Positions 9,432-21,940 of a stretch of DNA of 64,000 nt are shown in pieces. The notes below the pieces were generated by a model. The model ran no database searches and had not been told where the DNA came from. It worked only from the letters and a program-made list of their open reading frames with translations. This stretch comes from Bdellovibrionota bacterium (GTDB taxonomy: Bacteria > Bdellovibrionota_C > UBA2361 > CAKMMH01). The stretch is taken from NCBI GenBank assembly GCA_034180415.1, contig JAXFOK010000018.1, positions 12,539-76,538 on the forward strand. The letters are read 5' to 3'. Position numbers and translations under genes: made by a program. Position 1 is the stretch's first letter. The number at the start of each line of letters is the position of its first letter.

Positions 9432-10871
9432 ATGATTGATAATATTCGTGAAGAAAAAATAAAGAAAATGAATAATTTTAAAGAAGCTGGAATTGAAACT
9501 TACCCAGCAGGGCCGTTTATAAAAGAATCTACTCAAAGTGCAATAAAAAAAACTGTAGGCGAAGAAGTAAAAATTGCTGGAAGAATTATGCTTTTTAGAG
9601 AAATGGGAAATATTACTTTTCTTACCATTCAAGATGAACAAGGTAGAATGCAAGCAGTGCTAAGTAAAAAAGAGCTTGAAAATGAAGAAGGATATAAGTT
9701 CTGGATTAAAAATTTAGATATGGGAGATTTCGTAGGACTTGAAGGCCCAAGATTTACAACTCAAAAAGGTGAAGAGTCTGTTTTAGTTAAAAAAATTACA
9801 CTTCTTACAAAATCGCTTCTTCCTCTTCCTGATAAGCATAAAGCGCTTCAAGATGAAGATAAAAGGTTAAGGAAACGTTACCTTGATATTATGTTCAATA
9901 AAGATGTTCAAGATTTAGTATATAAGAGAGATAAGTATTGGAATGCAATTAGAACTTTCTTAAAAGAAAGAGGATTTACGGAGGTTTATACACCAGTACT
10001 TGAAACTACTCCTGGTGGAGCAGACGCTAGACCGTTTGTGACTCATCACAACGCACTTGACATTCCTGTATATTTAAGAATTTCAATGGGAGAACTTTGG
10101 CAAAAAAGACTAATGGTTGCAGGGTTTGAAAAAACTTTTGAAATTGGAAGACAATTTAGAAATGAAGGAATGGATGCGGAGCACTTGCAAGATTATAGCC
10201 AAGTAGAGTTTTACTGGGCTTACGCAAATTATGAAATGGGAATGAAGCTTGTAGAAGAAATGTATAAGTATATAGCAAAGGAAGTTTTCGGTACATTAAA
10301 ATTTTCAATCAAAGGCTGGGATATTGATTTAGGAAGTGAGTGGAAAAGATATTCTTACACTGAAACTATTGAAGAGATGACAGGAATTAATATTAACACT
10401 GCCTCTTTAGAAGATATCACAAAGAAACTTGCAGATCTTAAAGTTGAGTATGATAGAAAAGGTTGGAACTTAACGAGAGCTATTGATACTCTTTGGAAAT
10501 ATTGTAGAAAACAAATTCCTGGACCTGGTTTTTTAATTAATGAACCAGTTTCTATTTCACCTCTTGCAAAAAGAATGAAAAATGAACCAGATTTAACTGA
10601 AAGATTTCATGTATTAATTGGTGGAAGTGAAATTGGAAATGGTTATAGTGAACTTAACGACCCAATGGATCAGGCGTCTCGCTTTGAAGAGCAACAAGCA
10701 TTAAGAGATAGCGGAGACGAAGAAGCTCAAATGCATGATAAGGATTTCGTAGAAGCTCTAGAATACGGTATGCCTCCTACTTGTGGCTTTGGTACTAGTG
10801 AAAGACTTTTATGGTTTTTACTTGATAAGAGTGCAAGAGAATGTCAAACATTCCCTCTAATGAAGCCGTAA
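9432..10871 (+). CDS. lysS: lysine--tRNA ligase (class II)
   Basis: 479 aa with an N-terminal OB-fold anticodon-binding region. Class II motifs FRNEGMDAEHLQDYSQVEFYWAY and ..GGSEIGNGYSELNDP..; GAGG RBS. Confidence 0.95.
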   Translation: MIDNIREEKIKKMNNFKEAGIETYPAGPFIKESTQSAIKKTVGEEVKIAGRIMLFREMGNITFLTIQDEQGRMQAVLSKKELENEEGYKFWIKNLDMGDFVGLEGPRFTTQKGEESVLVKKITLLTKSLLPLPDKHKALQDEDKRLRKRYLDIMFNKDVQDLVYKRDKYWNAIRTFLKERGFTEVYTPVLETTPGGADARPFVTHHNALDIPVYLRISMGELWQKRLMVAGFEKTFEIGRQFRNEGMDAEHLQDYSQVEFYWAYANYEMGMKLVEEMYKYIAKEVFGTLKFSIKGWDIDLGSEWKRYSYTETIEEMTGININTASLEDITKKLADLKVEYDRKGWNLTRAIDTLWKYCRKQIPGPGFLINEPVSISPLAKRMKNEPDLTERFHVLIGGSEIGNGYSELNDPMDQASRFEEQQALRDSGDEEAQMHDKDFVEALEYGMPPTCGFGTSERLLWFLLDKSARECQTFPLMKP

Positions 10872-10887
10872 GATGATTTAAATAAAA

Positions 10888-10942
10888 AACTACATGAAGA
10901 ACTCCTTTTGCAACGATTCGTGCTTAGAAGTTTCATGTAGTT
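10888..10942. terminator. large-loop hairpin downstream of lysS (AACTACATGAA ... TTCATGTAGTT); possible terminator or structured element
   Basis: 11-bp perfect inverted repeat with about a 33-nt loop, followed by a T-rich tract. Confidence 0.3.
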
Positions 10943-10950
10943 GCATCTTA

Positions 10951-11175
10951 TTATTTATAAAGAGAAGTTTCGCGGCTTAGAGGCTCTACTCTCAATATTC
11001 TACTATTGTCGGGGATCATCTGTTCCCCCCTCACAAATAAGATTTTGTCCTTTTGACCAATCAAACCAAGCTTGACATTAGAGCGTCCTATGTTGTTAAC
11101 AAATATTTGGGCAATTACCTTGCCGCAGTATATGATATCAATTATTTGTCCTTGTTTGCGTGATAAAATATACAT
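10951..11175 (-). CDS. csrA: carbon storage regulator CsrA-like RNA-binding protein (74 aa)
   Basis: N-terminal MYILSRKQGQII..I..V..I.....VKLGLIGQKDKILFVRGE follows the CsrA consensus ML(I)L(S/T)RK.GE.I.I...V.I.V......VRLGI.AP..V.I.REE. Confidence 0.6.
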   Translation of the reverse strand: MYILSRKQGQIIDIIYCGKVIAQIFVNNIGRSNVKLGLIGQKDKILFVRGEQMIPDNSRILRVEPLSRETSLYK

Positions 11176-11312
11176 AATCAGAACCTCCCTATAAAAAACC
11201 TTCTTGATCCATCCTCTTACCCATTATGAGCAAAAAACATAGCTCGTTATATTAACAAAAACTAAGAAGTAATGCAAATATTTAGAAAAGCAATAATATA
11301 CTGAAATTTTGG

Positions 11313-12758
11313 TTATAATTTTAAATAATTATGGATTGATTTAGCAGCCTTTCTCCCCATTCCCATAGCTAAAATCACGGTAGCTGCCCCTAAAACTATA
11401 TCTCCACCTGCGTATATGCCATCAATAGATGTCTTTAAATTTTCATCAACTACGATTCTCCCCTTCTTATCAACTTCTATTTCAGGCGTTGTCTTTGAAA
11501 TAAGAGGATTTGGATTATTTCCAAGAGCCATAATGACAGCATCAGCTTCAATAAAAAATTCACTTCCTGGAATTTCCTTTGGACTTCTTCTTCCTGATGC
11601 ATCAACTTCTCCTAATTCATACTTTAAACATTCAATCTTTGAAACTCTTTTATTTTCATCGCCAAGAATTCGTTTTGGGTTTGTTAAAAATAAAAATTCA
11701 ACCCCTTCTTCCATCGCATGTTCTACCTCTTCTTTTCTTGCTGGCATTTCATCTCTAGTTCGTCTATAAACAAGTTTAACATTTGCTCCAAGTCTTCTTG
11801 CAACTCTTGAAGCATCCATTGCAACATTTCCACCACCTACTACAACTACATTTTTTACTTTATAAACTGGTGTATTTGACTCTTCTTTGTAACCTTCCAT
11901 TAAGTTTACACGAGTAAGAAATTCATTAGCACTAAAAACACCAACCAAATTCTCGCCTTCAATATTCATGAACAAAGGAAGTCCAGCACCAGTGCTAATA
12001 AAAATAGCTTCAAAGCCATACTCTTCTTTTAATTCTTTTAATGTAGCAGTACGTCCAATAACAAAATTTGTTACAAACTTTACGCCTAACTTTTTTAACT
12101 TTTCAATTTCTTTCTCAACTATATTATTTGGAAGTCTAAATTCTGGGATTCCATAAATTAGGACACCACCAAGTTTATGAAATGCTTCAAACACTGTAAC
12201 ATCATATCCTAGCTTCCTTAAATCAGCACTTGCTGTAATTCCGCATGGCCCACTTCCTATAATTGCGACTTTCTTTCCATTGCTTTTGATTTCTTTAATG
12301 TCAGAATCAAAGTCATTTTCTCTTGCGTAATCTGCGACAAATCTTTCAACTCGTCCTATTGATACTGCTTTGTTTACATCCTTTAAAGATTTTCCAAGTA
12401 CACATTCTTTTTGACATTGTTTTTCTTGAGGGCAAACTCTACCACAAATGCTAGGAAGAAGTGTATCTTCTTTTAGAACTTCATATGCTCCTTTAATATC
12501 ACCTAATGAAACTTTTTTTAAAAAACTAGGGATTTTTACATTTACAGGACATCCTCCCATACAAAGAGGATTTTTACATTCAAGACACCTTGAGGCTTCA
12601 ATTCTTGCTTGCCTTTCAGTGTATGTGCTAGTAACTTCTAGCATATTGCAAATTCTCTTTTGTGCATCTTGTTCTTGTGGTATTTGAACAGAAATTTGTT
12701 GTTTTTCTTTTATCGTTAACGATTCATTATTAAAAATTTTTGATATCGTTTCTTCCAT
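11313..12758 (-). CDS. nfnB: glutamate-synthase-small-subunit-like FAD/NAD(P)H oxidoreductase with N-terminal Cys cluster (NfnB/SudA/GltD family)
   Basis: 481 aa; N-terminal Cys-rich Fe-S region (C..C..C...C), then two Rossmann GxGxxG motifs (IIGSGPCG, VVGGGNVAMD); adjacent to a PyrK-like partner. Confidence 0.8.
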   Translation of the reverse strand: MEETISKIFNNESLTIKEKQQISVQIPQEQDAQKRICNMLEVTSTYTERQARIEASRCLECKNPLCMGGCPVNVKIPSFLKKVSLGDIKGAYEVLKEDTLLPSICGRVCPQEKQCQKECVLGKSLKDVNKAVSIGRVERFVADYARENDFDSDIKEIKSNGKKVAIIGSGPCGITASADLRKLGYDVTVFEAFHKLGGVLIYGIPEFRLPNNIVEKEIEKLKKLGVKFVTNFVIGRTATLKELKEEYGFEAIFISTGAGLPLFMNIEGENLVGVFSANEFLTRVNLMEGYKEESNTPVYKVKNVVVVGGGNVAMDASRVARRLGANVKLVYRRTRDEMPARKEEVEHAMEEGVEFLFLTNPKRILGDENKRVSKIECLKYELGEVDASGRRSPKEIPGSEFFIEADAVIMALGNNPNPLISKTTPEIEVDKKGRIVVDENLKTSIDGIYAGGDIVLGAATVILAMGMGRKAAKSIHNYLKL

Positions 12759-12768
12759 GAAAATACCC

Positions 12769-13593
12769 TTAATTTGTTAACCCAATCCTACATTTATGTT
12801 CGTGTTCAATTCCTGCAAAACTTTTCCCTCTTGCAAGAAGATTATCAAAATCAACTCCCGCCGCATCAAACTCTGGCCCATCAACGCATACAAATTTTGT
12901 TTCACCATTAACACTAACACGGCATCCGCCACACATTCCAGTACCATCTATCATTATTGTATTTAATGATACAATTGTTTTTACATCATATTTTTTTGTA
13001 GTTAGCGAACAAAACTTCATCATAGGAAGAGGCCCAATTGCAATTACTAAATCAGGTTTCGTTTCGTTATTTTTGCAAAGCTCCTCAAGAGGCTCTGTAA
13101 CTAAGGCTTTTTTCCCAGCACTTCCATCATCTGTACAAACTATAAGATTATGAGAAATATCTTTAAAACGTTCTTCCCATAAAATTAATTCTTTTGTTCT
13201 TGCTCCTAGGATAACATTAACTTCATTACCTATTTTATATATTTCTTTACATATAGGAAAAAGTGGAGCAACACCGACACCTCCTCCAACACATACTACT
13301 TTTCCAAATTTTTCAATATGAGTTGGCGTTCCAAGAGGCCCCACAACAGAAATCTCATCACCGACATTTAATTTTGAAAGTTTAAAAGTTGTAGCTCCTA
13401 CAACTTGAAATATTAAAGTTATAGTTTCATTTTCAGCATCAGCAATAGTAAGCGGGATTCTTTCTGCTAAATTTTCATTTAACATTACAATAACAAATTG
13501 TCCCGCTTTTCTATTTTTAGCGATTTCTTTTGCTTGAACTTTTAAACAAAAGACATCTTTTGAAAGTTGCTCTTTAAAGATTATTTTATTCAT
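12769..13593 (-). CDS. nfnA: PyrK-like FAD/[2Fe-2S] electron-transfer subunit (NfnA / sulfide dehydrogenase alpha-like)
   Basis: 274 aa; FAD-binding RIPLTIAD-type motif and C-terminal Cys cluster CGGCRVSVNGETKFVCVDGPEF; 10-bp spacing to nfnB. Confidence 0.8.
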   Translation of the reverse strand: MNKIIFKEQLSKDVFCLKVQAKEIAKNRKAGQFVIVMLNENLAERIPLTIADAENETITLIFQVVGATTFKLSKLNVGDEISVVGPLGTPTHIEKFGKVVCVGGGVGVAPLFPICKEIYKIGNEVNVILGARTKELILWEERFKDISHNLIVCTDDGSAGKKALVTEPLEELCKNNETKPDLVIAIGPLPMMKFCSLTTKKYDVKTIVSLNTIMIDGTGMCGGCRVSVNGETKFVCVDGPEFDAAGVDFDNLLARGKSFAGIEHEHKCRIGLTN

Positions 13594-14302
13594 CTAAATC
13601 TTCTGCGACTCCTGGCCATAAGCAAACTACATTGCTTTCATCGTTAACATAAACACTAAATTCATCACCATAACGGCAGAAACCATATCTTACAGCTCCA
13701 CCATTATCTCTTAATAAATCTCTACAAGCCTTGTCCTCACCATTATTCCAAAGCTCTTCGTATTTCTTTAAAAGTGAATTATCATCTAAAAGCTCTCTAT
13801 CAACCATAGCAACACAACGCGTATCTACAAAGATATTTCCAACAGGTTCTTGCATTTCTCGAGATAATTCCTTTTTATCAACTTTAACATTAGTTGGATG
13901 AATTATAATTGAAAGCCCGTAAGGATCTCTTTGAATACCGTAAGTATCAGGAGCTATATCTATAACTTCTCCACCATAGTCCCTGATGATATTATCTTTT
14001 ACACTTGCATCTTCATCTATATTATCAAGCATTTTTTGAATAAATTGAGGATTTGCAAGCATGAACTGATCAATTAAAACCAATGCACCACTTTCAATTG
14101 CAATTCTTTCTCTTTTATTTCCTGCATCTGCCTGACTTATATCACTTCTCCTACGATTAAATCTTGGAGCGCCACGGCCTGATGAATATCTTGAACTACT
14201 ACGTGAAGAATACCTACCATCTCTCCCTCTTGAATTTCTTGAATAACGGCTATCACCTCTAGAGCCTCTATCATCTCTACTATACCTACTACCTCTTCTC
14301 AT
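13586..14302 (-). CDS. hypothetical protein with N-terminal Arg/Ser/Tyr-rich (RS-like) disordered region; co-operonic with nfnAB
   Basis: 8-bp overlap with the nfnA start. N-terminal 60 aa is RYSR/RGSR repeats (GC-elevated coding). The C-terminal about 170 aa is globular-looking with no domain I recognise. Confidence 0.55.
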   Translation of the reverse strand: MRRGSRYSRDDRGSRGDSRYSRNSRGRDGRYSSRSSSRYSSGRGAPRFNRRRSDISQADAGNKRERIAIESGALVLIDQFMLANPQFIQKMLDNIDEDASVKDNIIRDYGGEVIDIAPDTYGIQRDPYGLSIIIHPTNVKVDKKELSREMQEPVGNIFVDTRCVAMVDRELLDDNSLLKKYEELWNNGEDKACRDLLRDNGGAVRYGFCRYGDEFSVYVNDESNVVCLWPGVAEDLDE

Positions 14303-14801
14303 ATTTATTTCATCCCTTTATATCAATATAAAAAATAAATTCTCATAAAAATCACACTTTTTTACCAGTAATTCTATTTAAAAAGATACTTAAGATAAAT
14401 TAATTAAGAAAATTTATGACCTAAACATACTAAATGTATAAATTTATATTTCTCATATTTATATATAACTTATTTTTAATTTGAACTAAGCTATCAATTA
14501 GAAAAAGGCTCATATCATTAACTTTATCTTCTTTGTTATAAATAAAATTGCTGTATTTAAAAAGTACTCTAAATTAAAATTTAAATAAAAATAAACTTCT
14601 CTAAGGGTTTATACGTATTATATTCTCTGTCTTACATTATCTATAAATATATACTTATCTTTCTCATCTCTAAAATATTTTATATAAGACTTTAACTAAA
14701 ACCCTTATGCTTATAACTTACTAATATTAGTATAGTTTAATTTTCAAATTATTAAAAGTTAGTATCTATAAATTTTTTAAAAGTTCCGATACTAATTACA
14801 A

Positions 14802-15338
14802 ATGGAAATTATACAATATACTAATTCAAACATATCGCAAGACAATTTACAAAATTTTTCTCAAAGTAATCAAGATGTTACATCTTTTGGCTTTGTTTCA
14901 TATGACAAAGATACATACAAAGTCATTGGAGAATATTCTAATGAATTATACCTTTTTAGAGCAAAAAAACTCTGGAAAATGGTACTTCAAGATACTTTTT
15001 TATTAGAAGAAGTAACTGATTTTAAATTTCAAGTTAGAAAAAACTCAAAATTAAATGTTTTTACATTATCTTGTACTTTTAAAAGTGCTTGCGGACGTTA
15101 TGCTTTTTGGAGAATAAACAACAATCAAAATCCAGAAGTTACATATATCTTAGAAGCAGCGCATCTTACACAAACTACAGATAATTATGAACAATTATTA
15201 AATAAAACACCAAATTTCATCGTTTCACACAACTCTGAAATCTTGTGTGATATAGAAGATAAAGCAAATAATATATCAGAAATTCTAAAAAAAATTGTTA
15301 AAAAAATATGCAAAACTAAAGATGAAGAGGAAGAATAG
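14802..15338 (+). CDS. hypothetical protein (178 aa)
   Basis: ORF only; acidic C-terminus. Confidence 0.4.
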   Translation: MEIIQYTNSNISQDNLQNFSQSNQDVTSFGFVSYDKDTYKVIGEYSNELYLFRAKKLWKMVLQDTFLLEEVTDFKFQVRKNSKLNVFTLSCTFKSACGRYAFWRINNNQNPEVTYILEAAHLTQTTDNYEQLLNKTPNFIVSHNSEILCDIEDKANNISEILKKIVKKICKTKDEEEE

Positions 15339-15340
15339 CC

Positions 15341-16588
15341 TTACATTTCTTCCTTTTTAAACGCAATTGTTGCATTAGTCCCCCCAAATCCAAATGAATT
15401 TGAAAGCGCATAATTAATATTTCTTTCCTTATATTTATTTGGTGTATAATCTAAATCACACATCGGATCTTGATTTTCATAATTAATCGTTGGAGGAATA
15501 ATATTATTTTTAACTGCCAGTGCACAAAATAAAGCTTCCATAGCTCCTGCACCACCAAGAAGATGACCTGTCATAGACTTTGTAGAGCTTACACTAAGTT
15601 TATATGCATGCTCCTTAAAAACTTCCTTTATAGCAACTGTTTCCATTTCGTCATTTGCGTGAGTAGAAGTTCCATGAGCATTTATATAATCGACTTTTTC
15701 TGGTGTAATTGTAGCGCCATCAAGAGCCATTTTCATAGAAGATACTGCACCTTCTCCATCTTTTAAAGGAGCTGTAATATGATAAGCATCACAAGAATAA
15801 CCATATCCAACTATTTCTGCATAAATTTTAGCGCCTCTTTGCTTTGCCTTTTCATATTCCTCTAATACTAGAACTATTCCACCCTCTCCCATCACAAAAC
15901 CATCTCTATCTCTATCAAATGGACGAGATGCCCTTTGAGGTTCATCATTTCTTGTAGATAATGCTTTCATAGCCGCAAACCCCCCAACTGCACTTGGAGT
16001 TATTGTACTTTCAGCTCCACCTGTAAGAACGACATCATGTAATCCATCTCTTATCATTCTGTAACTTTCACCTATTGCATGTGTTGAAGAAGCACAAGCG
16101 CTAGTTATAACATAATTTATTCCCTTTAAGCCGTATTCAATTCCTAAATAGCCTGCAGCTAAATTACTTATAAGAGCTGGTATTAAGAAAGGAGATATCT
16201 TTCTAGGCCCACCTTCTCTATATGCATCATAATATTTTTCTAAGATGGGAAGCCCTCCCATACCAACACCTAAGATGCATCCCATGCGCTCTTTATCATA
16301 AAAGCCATCTTGCATAAGTCCAGAATCGACCCATGCCTGTTTTCCAGCTGCTATCGCATATTGGGTAAAAAAATCAACTTTTTTTACTTGTTTAACTTCC
16401 ATATAATCCTGAGGAACAAAATCTTTAACAACTCCTGCAATTTTTACTGAAAAATCTTGTGTATCAAATTGAGTTATACGATCAACACCTGAAACACCTT
16501 TTAGAGCATTCTCCCAAGTATCATTAACATTATTTCCTAAAGGACAAATACAACCTAAACCTGTTATAGCGACTCTTCTTTTTGACAT
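15341..16588 (-). CDS. fabF: 3-oxoacyl-[acyl-carrier-protein] synthase II
   Basis: 415 aa; active-site ..SACASSTHAIGE.. and the C-terminal HGTSTHANDE/GHLLGGAG motifs of KAS II. Confidence 0.95.
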   Translation of the reverse strand: MSKRRVAITGLGCICPLGNNVNDTWENALKGVSGVDRITQFDTQDFSVKIAGVVKDFVPQDYMEVKQVKKVDFFTQYAIAAGKQAWVDSGLMQDGFYDKERMGCILGVGMGGLPILEKYYDAYREGGPRKISPFLIPALISNLAAGYLGIEYGLKGINYVITSACASSTHAIGESYRMIRDGLHDVVLTGGAESTITPSAVGGFAAMKALSTRNDEPQRASRPFDRDRDGFVMGEGGIVLVLEEYEKAKQRGAKIYAEIVGYGYSCDAYHITAPLKDGEGAVSSMKMALDGATITPEKVDYINAHGTSTHANDEMETVAIKEVFKEHAYKLSVSSTKSMTGHLLGGAGAMEALFCALAVKNNIIPPTINYENQDPMCDLDYTPNKYKERNINYALSNSFGFGGTNATIAFKKEEM

Positions 16589-16612
16589 ATAAAAACTCCT
16601 CCTTAAATTTTA

Positions 16613-19090
<2,478 letters not shown>

Positions 19091-19281
19091 CTAACGCACG
19101 CGATATAAATAGTATTAAAATCATTTCAAATTACCTAAAAAATCGCAAAAATTTTTTAAAAATTTTTAAGATAAAATACTAGGATAGTTTACAATATTTA
19201 CCAAAATTTAGCAAAGGAAGAATCCATTTTAAATGCATAAAAATTCTTGATTTTAAAGGCTTTATAAATATAATAAACCCC

Positions 19282-20775
19282 ATGTCTAAAGAGCGTAAAT
19301 TTTCTATATTTTGCATTGTTATTTTAGCTGTTTTTTTTGCTTATTCTGTCTTTATTTCGCTTAACAGGCTTATTGCAAGAGATGAAGGATTTTACATAAT
19401 AGCAAGTGAACTTTTATTAAAAGGCAAAACACTGTACAAAGATTTTTTCTTTCCTCAAATGCCATTTACTGCGTTATTTTATAGTCTTTGCTTTAAAATT
19501 TTTGGAATTTCTTGGGGCGTAGCAAGATTAGCCTCAGGATTAATGTATTTTTTAACTGGAAGCTTTCTATTTTTATATATAAGGAAAAATTATAATTTTG
19601 GACTCGCTCTTTTTTCTTTGATTTTTTTTGCTCTTCACCCAATGGGATTTGCCTGGCAAAGCGTCATTAAGAGTTACACATTTGTAAATTTTTTTCTTAT
19701 TATTGTTTTTATTTTAATAAATTCTTATTTAAGTAAAAATAAAGATAACAAGAATGTTATATTTTTTATTGGTATTATTTATGGGCTTCTTGGATTAACT
19801 AGACTTCATTTTCTATCTTTACTTCCCTTAATTTTATTTCATATATACATAAAACAAGGAAAAATTAATTTTAAAGATCTATTATTTTTTATTATTGGAA
19901 GCGTTATATCATTAAGTCCTTCTGTTTATTATTTTGTTTTATCTCCTAATGATTTTATTTTTAATAATCTTGGCTATCATCTAGTAAGAAGCCAAACTCC
20001 GCTTGAAGCGGAATTTCTCACCAAGCTTCAATCATTAAGTAAACTTTTAGGCTTATTACTTTCTCAGCAAGTTTTTAAAACACAAATGTTTATAACATAT
20101 TTTATTCCTATTCTTTTTGGAATTTGTTATTTTTTTGTTTTGCTAGTAAAGAAAAATATTTATTTTCCTATTCTTTATACACTTTGGATATTAATTTTAA
20201 ACTTAATTCCTACTCCAACATATTTACAATATCATTCTTGCGTTATTATTTTCATTATTATTTTAAGTGTGGATTTTATCAAATTACAAAATAATAATAT
20301 TATTAAATTTTTTATTTTATCGGCATTTATACTTATTAATTTATTTTATTACAAAGAATCTTTGAAATCTTATACGATAACAGGTCATAACGTAATTGGT
20401 ATAACCGGACAGAATCCTGAAATTTGGAATATTCATTTGATAGAAAAAATTAACGAACATGTAAACAAAATTGAAACTAATAAATATTTAGTTGCGATAT
20501 GGCCTGGACATGCACTTAACACAAGGCATAAGTTTTTACCTGGCACAGAAAATCCATTTCTTGTAAAAGTCCCAGAAGATATTTCAGAAAAATATGGCTT
20601 TACTAAAAAAGCGGATATTTTGGATGCTATATCTAATAAAAAAGTTGGAATTGTCGTTTATAAAGATGGTGATACAATTAACAAGAAAGAGTTAAAAAAT
20701 TTTTTAATTAAAAATAAGTTTTTATTACGTTCAAGAGTAGGAAGTGTCTTTATTTGGAGTAGGTATGATGATTAG
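19282..20775 (+). CDS. polytopic membrane glycosyltransferase, GT-C fold (ArnT/PMT-like, GT39/83-type)
   Basis: 497 aa with more than 10 TM helices; N-terminal region resembles dolichyl-phosphate-mannose/ArnT-family transferases (..RDEGFYIIASELLLKG..LY.DFFFPQMP..). Confidence 0.65.
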   Translation: MSKERKFSIFCIVILAVFFAYSVFISLNRLIARDEGFYIIASELLLKGKTLYKDFFFPQMPFTALFYSLCFKIFGISWGVARLASGLMYFLTGSFLFLYIRKNYNFGLALFSLIFFALHPMGFAWQSVIKSYTFVNFFLIIVFILINSYLSKNKDNKNVIFFIGIIYGLLGLTRLHFLSLLPLILFHIYIKQGKINFKDLLFFIIGSVISLSPSVYYFVLSPNDFIFNNLGYHLVRSQTPLEAEFLTKLQSLSKLLGLLLSQQVFKTQMFITYFIPILFGICYFFVLLVKKNIYFPILYTLWILILNLIPTPTYLQYHSCVIIFIIILSVDFIKLQNNNIIKFFILSAFILINLFYYKESLKSYTITGHNVIGITGQNPEIWNIHLIEKINEHVNKIETNKYLVAIWPGHALNTRHKFLPGTENPFLVKVPEDISEKYGFTKKADILDAISNKKVGIVVYKDGDTINKKELKNFLIKNKFLLRSRVGSVFIWSRYDD

Positions 20776-21403
20776 ATTTTTTGTTTTATTATTGTTTTTA
20801 TGTGTTTCAAATGTTTTTGCAGGACCACTTAACGATATTAACAATCAGATTATCAACAACACCTTAAACAAACCTATCGATTCACCTGCTTGGTTTAAGG
20901 ATAATCCGAATTTAAAAATTTTATTTTTAGAAAAAAATGGTTCGAAAGCTTTATTCTCTTGGGTTGGAGAAGGAGATGGTGATTTTTTTAGACAAGATAG
21001 CTTTTATTCAGAGAAAATTAAATTTAAAGATCCCTTTATTGTATATAGTGCAGACTATGTTAATAAAGAAAGGGAACTGTTAAAAATCAGCATTTATGTT
21101 CCTCACCCCATGATTGCAAGCACAGTAGAATTAGGATTAAACGACAAGATAAACGAATTTTTTCCTCCTCAAATTAAAACTTTTTTTGAAAAAAAAGTTA
21201 ATTTAAAGGATGTCGAAGGAAAATTATATTTGCACAAAAGTAATGCTTGTTCCATCGTATTAAACTTTCCATCAAATGCTGTATTAAGAACATACAAAAA
21301 AGATTGTAAAAATAGTGATGAGCTTGTAAAGTTTACAGAAGGTTTTGATTTAACTAGACTTAAAATTAAGCTAACAAAACCTAAGAAAGACTCTAATCTT
21401 TAA
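20765..21403 (+). CDS. hypothetical secreted protein
   Basis: Start re-assigned to the ATG at 20765 (GGAGTAGGT RBS; 11-bp overlap with the upstream gene). N-terminal signal peptide MMIRFFVLLLFLCVSNVFAG. Confidence 0.5.
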   Translation: MMIRFFVLLLFLCVSNVFAGPLNDINNQIINNTLNKPIDSPAWFKDNPNLKILFLEKNGSKALFSWVGEGDGDFFRQDSFYSEKIKFKDPFIVYSADYVNKERELLKISIYVPHPMIASTVELGLNDKINEFFPPQIKTFFEKKVNLKDVEGKLYLHKSNACSIVLNFPSNAVLRTYKKDCKNSDELVKFTEGFDLTRLKIKLTKPKKDSNL

Positions 21404-21532
21404 GAAATATTTATAATTTACTTAAATTATTAAATATTTTACATTTACTACTACTTGCAAAAGGATTAAGCATTTGTTAAACTAAGGAACTCATAAGATT
21501 TAATTTTTTTATATTTAAGAGGTCAATTTAAT

Positions 21533-21802
21533 ATGCCAAATCATAAATCAGCTGAAAAGCGTTTAAGACAAAATTTAAAGAAAAGAATTCGTAATAGATT
21601 AGTAAAATCTGCTTGCAGAACTGCTGTTAAAAAAGTTAACAAAGCAATTGAAGAAAATGATATTGAAAGAGCAAGAGAGTATTTTTTAATTGCAGAAAAG
21701 AAATTAGCAAGTGCTGCTACTAAAGGTATTTATCATAAGAAAAATGCTTCAAGAAGAATTAGTAGATTAGCTTTAAAATTAAATAATATTCAAGCTAAGT
21801 AA
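21533..21802 (+). CDS. rpsT: 30S ribosomal protein S20
   Basis: 89 aa, MPNHKSAEKRLRQN.. basic helical protein typical of S20. Confidence 0.9.
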   Translation: MPNHKSAEKRLRQNLKKRIRNRLVKSACRTAVKKVNKAIEENDIERAREYFLIAEKKLASAATKGIYHKKNASRRISRLALKLNNIQAK

Positions 21803-21881
21803 TTTTTATATTTATTATTATTTCTTGTGTGTGTCACATATATAATGACATGTTTAGTGACGCATGTAAGAGATAAGAGCT

Positions 21882-21924
21882 AAAAAAAAGGGTAGCTAAT
21901 TGTTTTATTAGCTACCCTTTTTAG
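21882..21924. terminator. bidirectional rho-independent terminator (A8-GGGTAGCTAA-loop-TTAGCTACCC-T5)
   Basis: Perfect 10-bp stem flanked by an A-run and a T-run between the convergent genes rpsT and 21941..22576. Confidence 0.7.
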
Positions 21925-21940
21925 TTTTTATTTTAAATTA

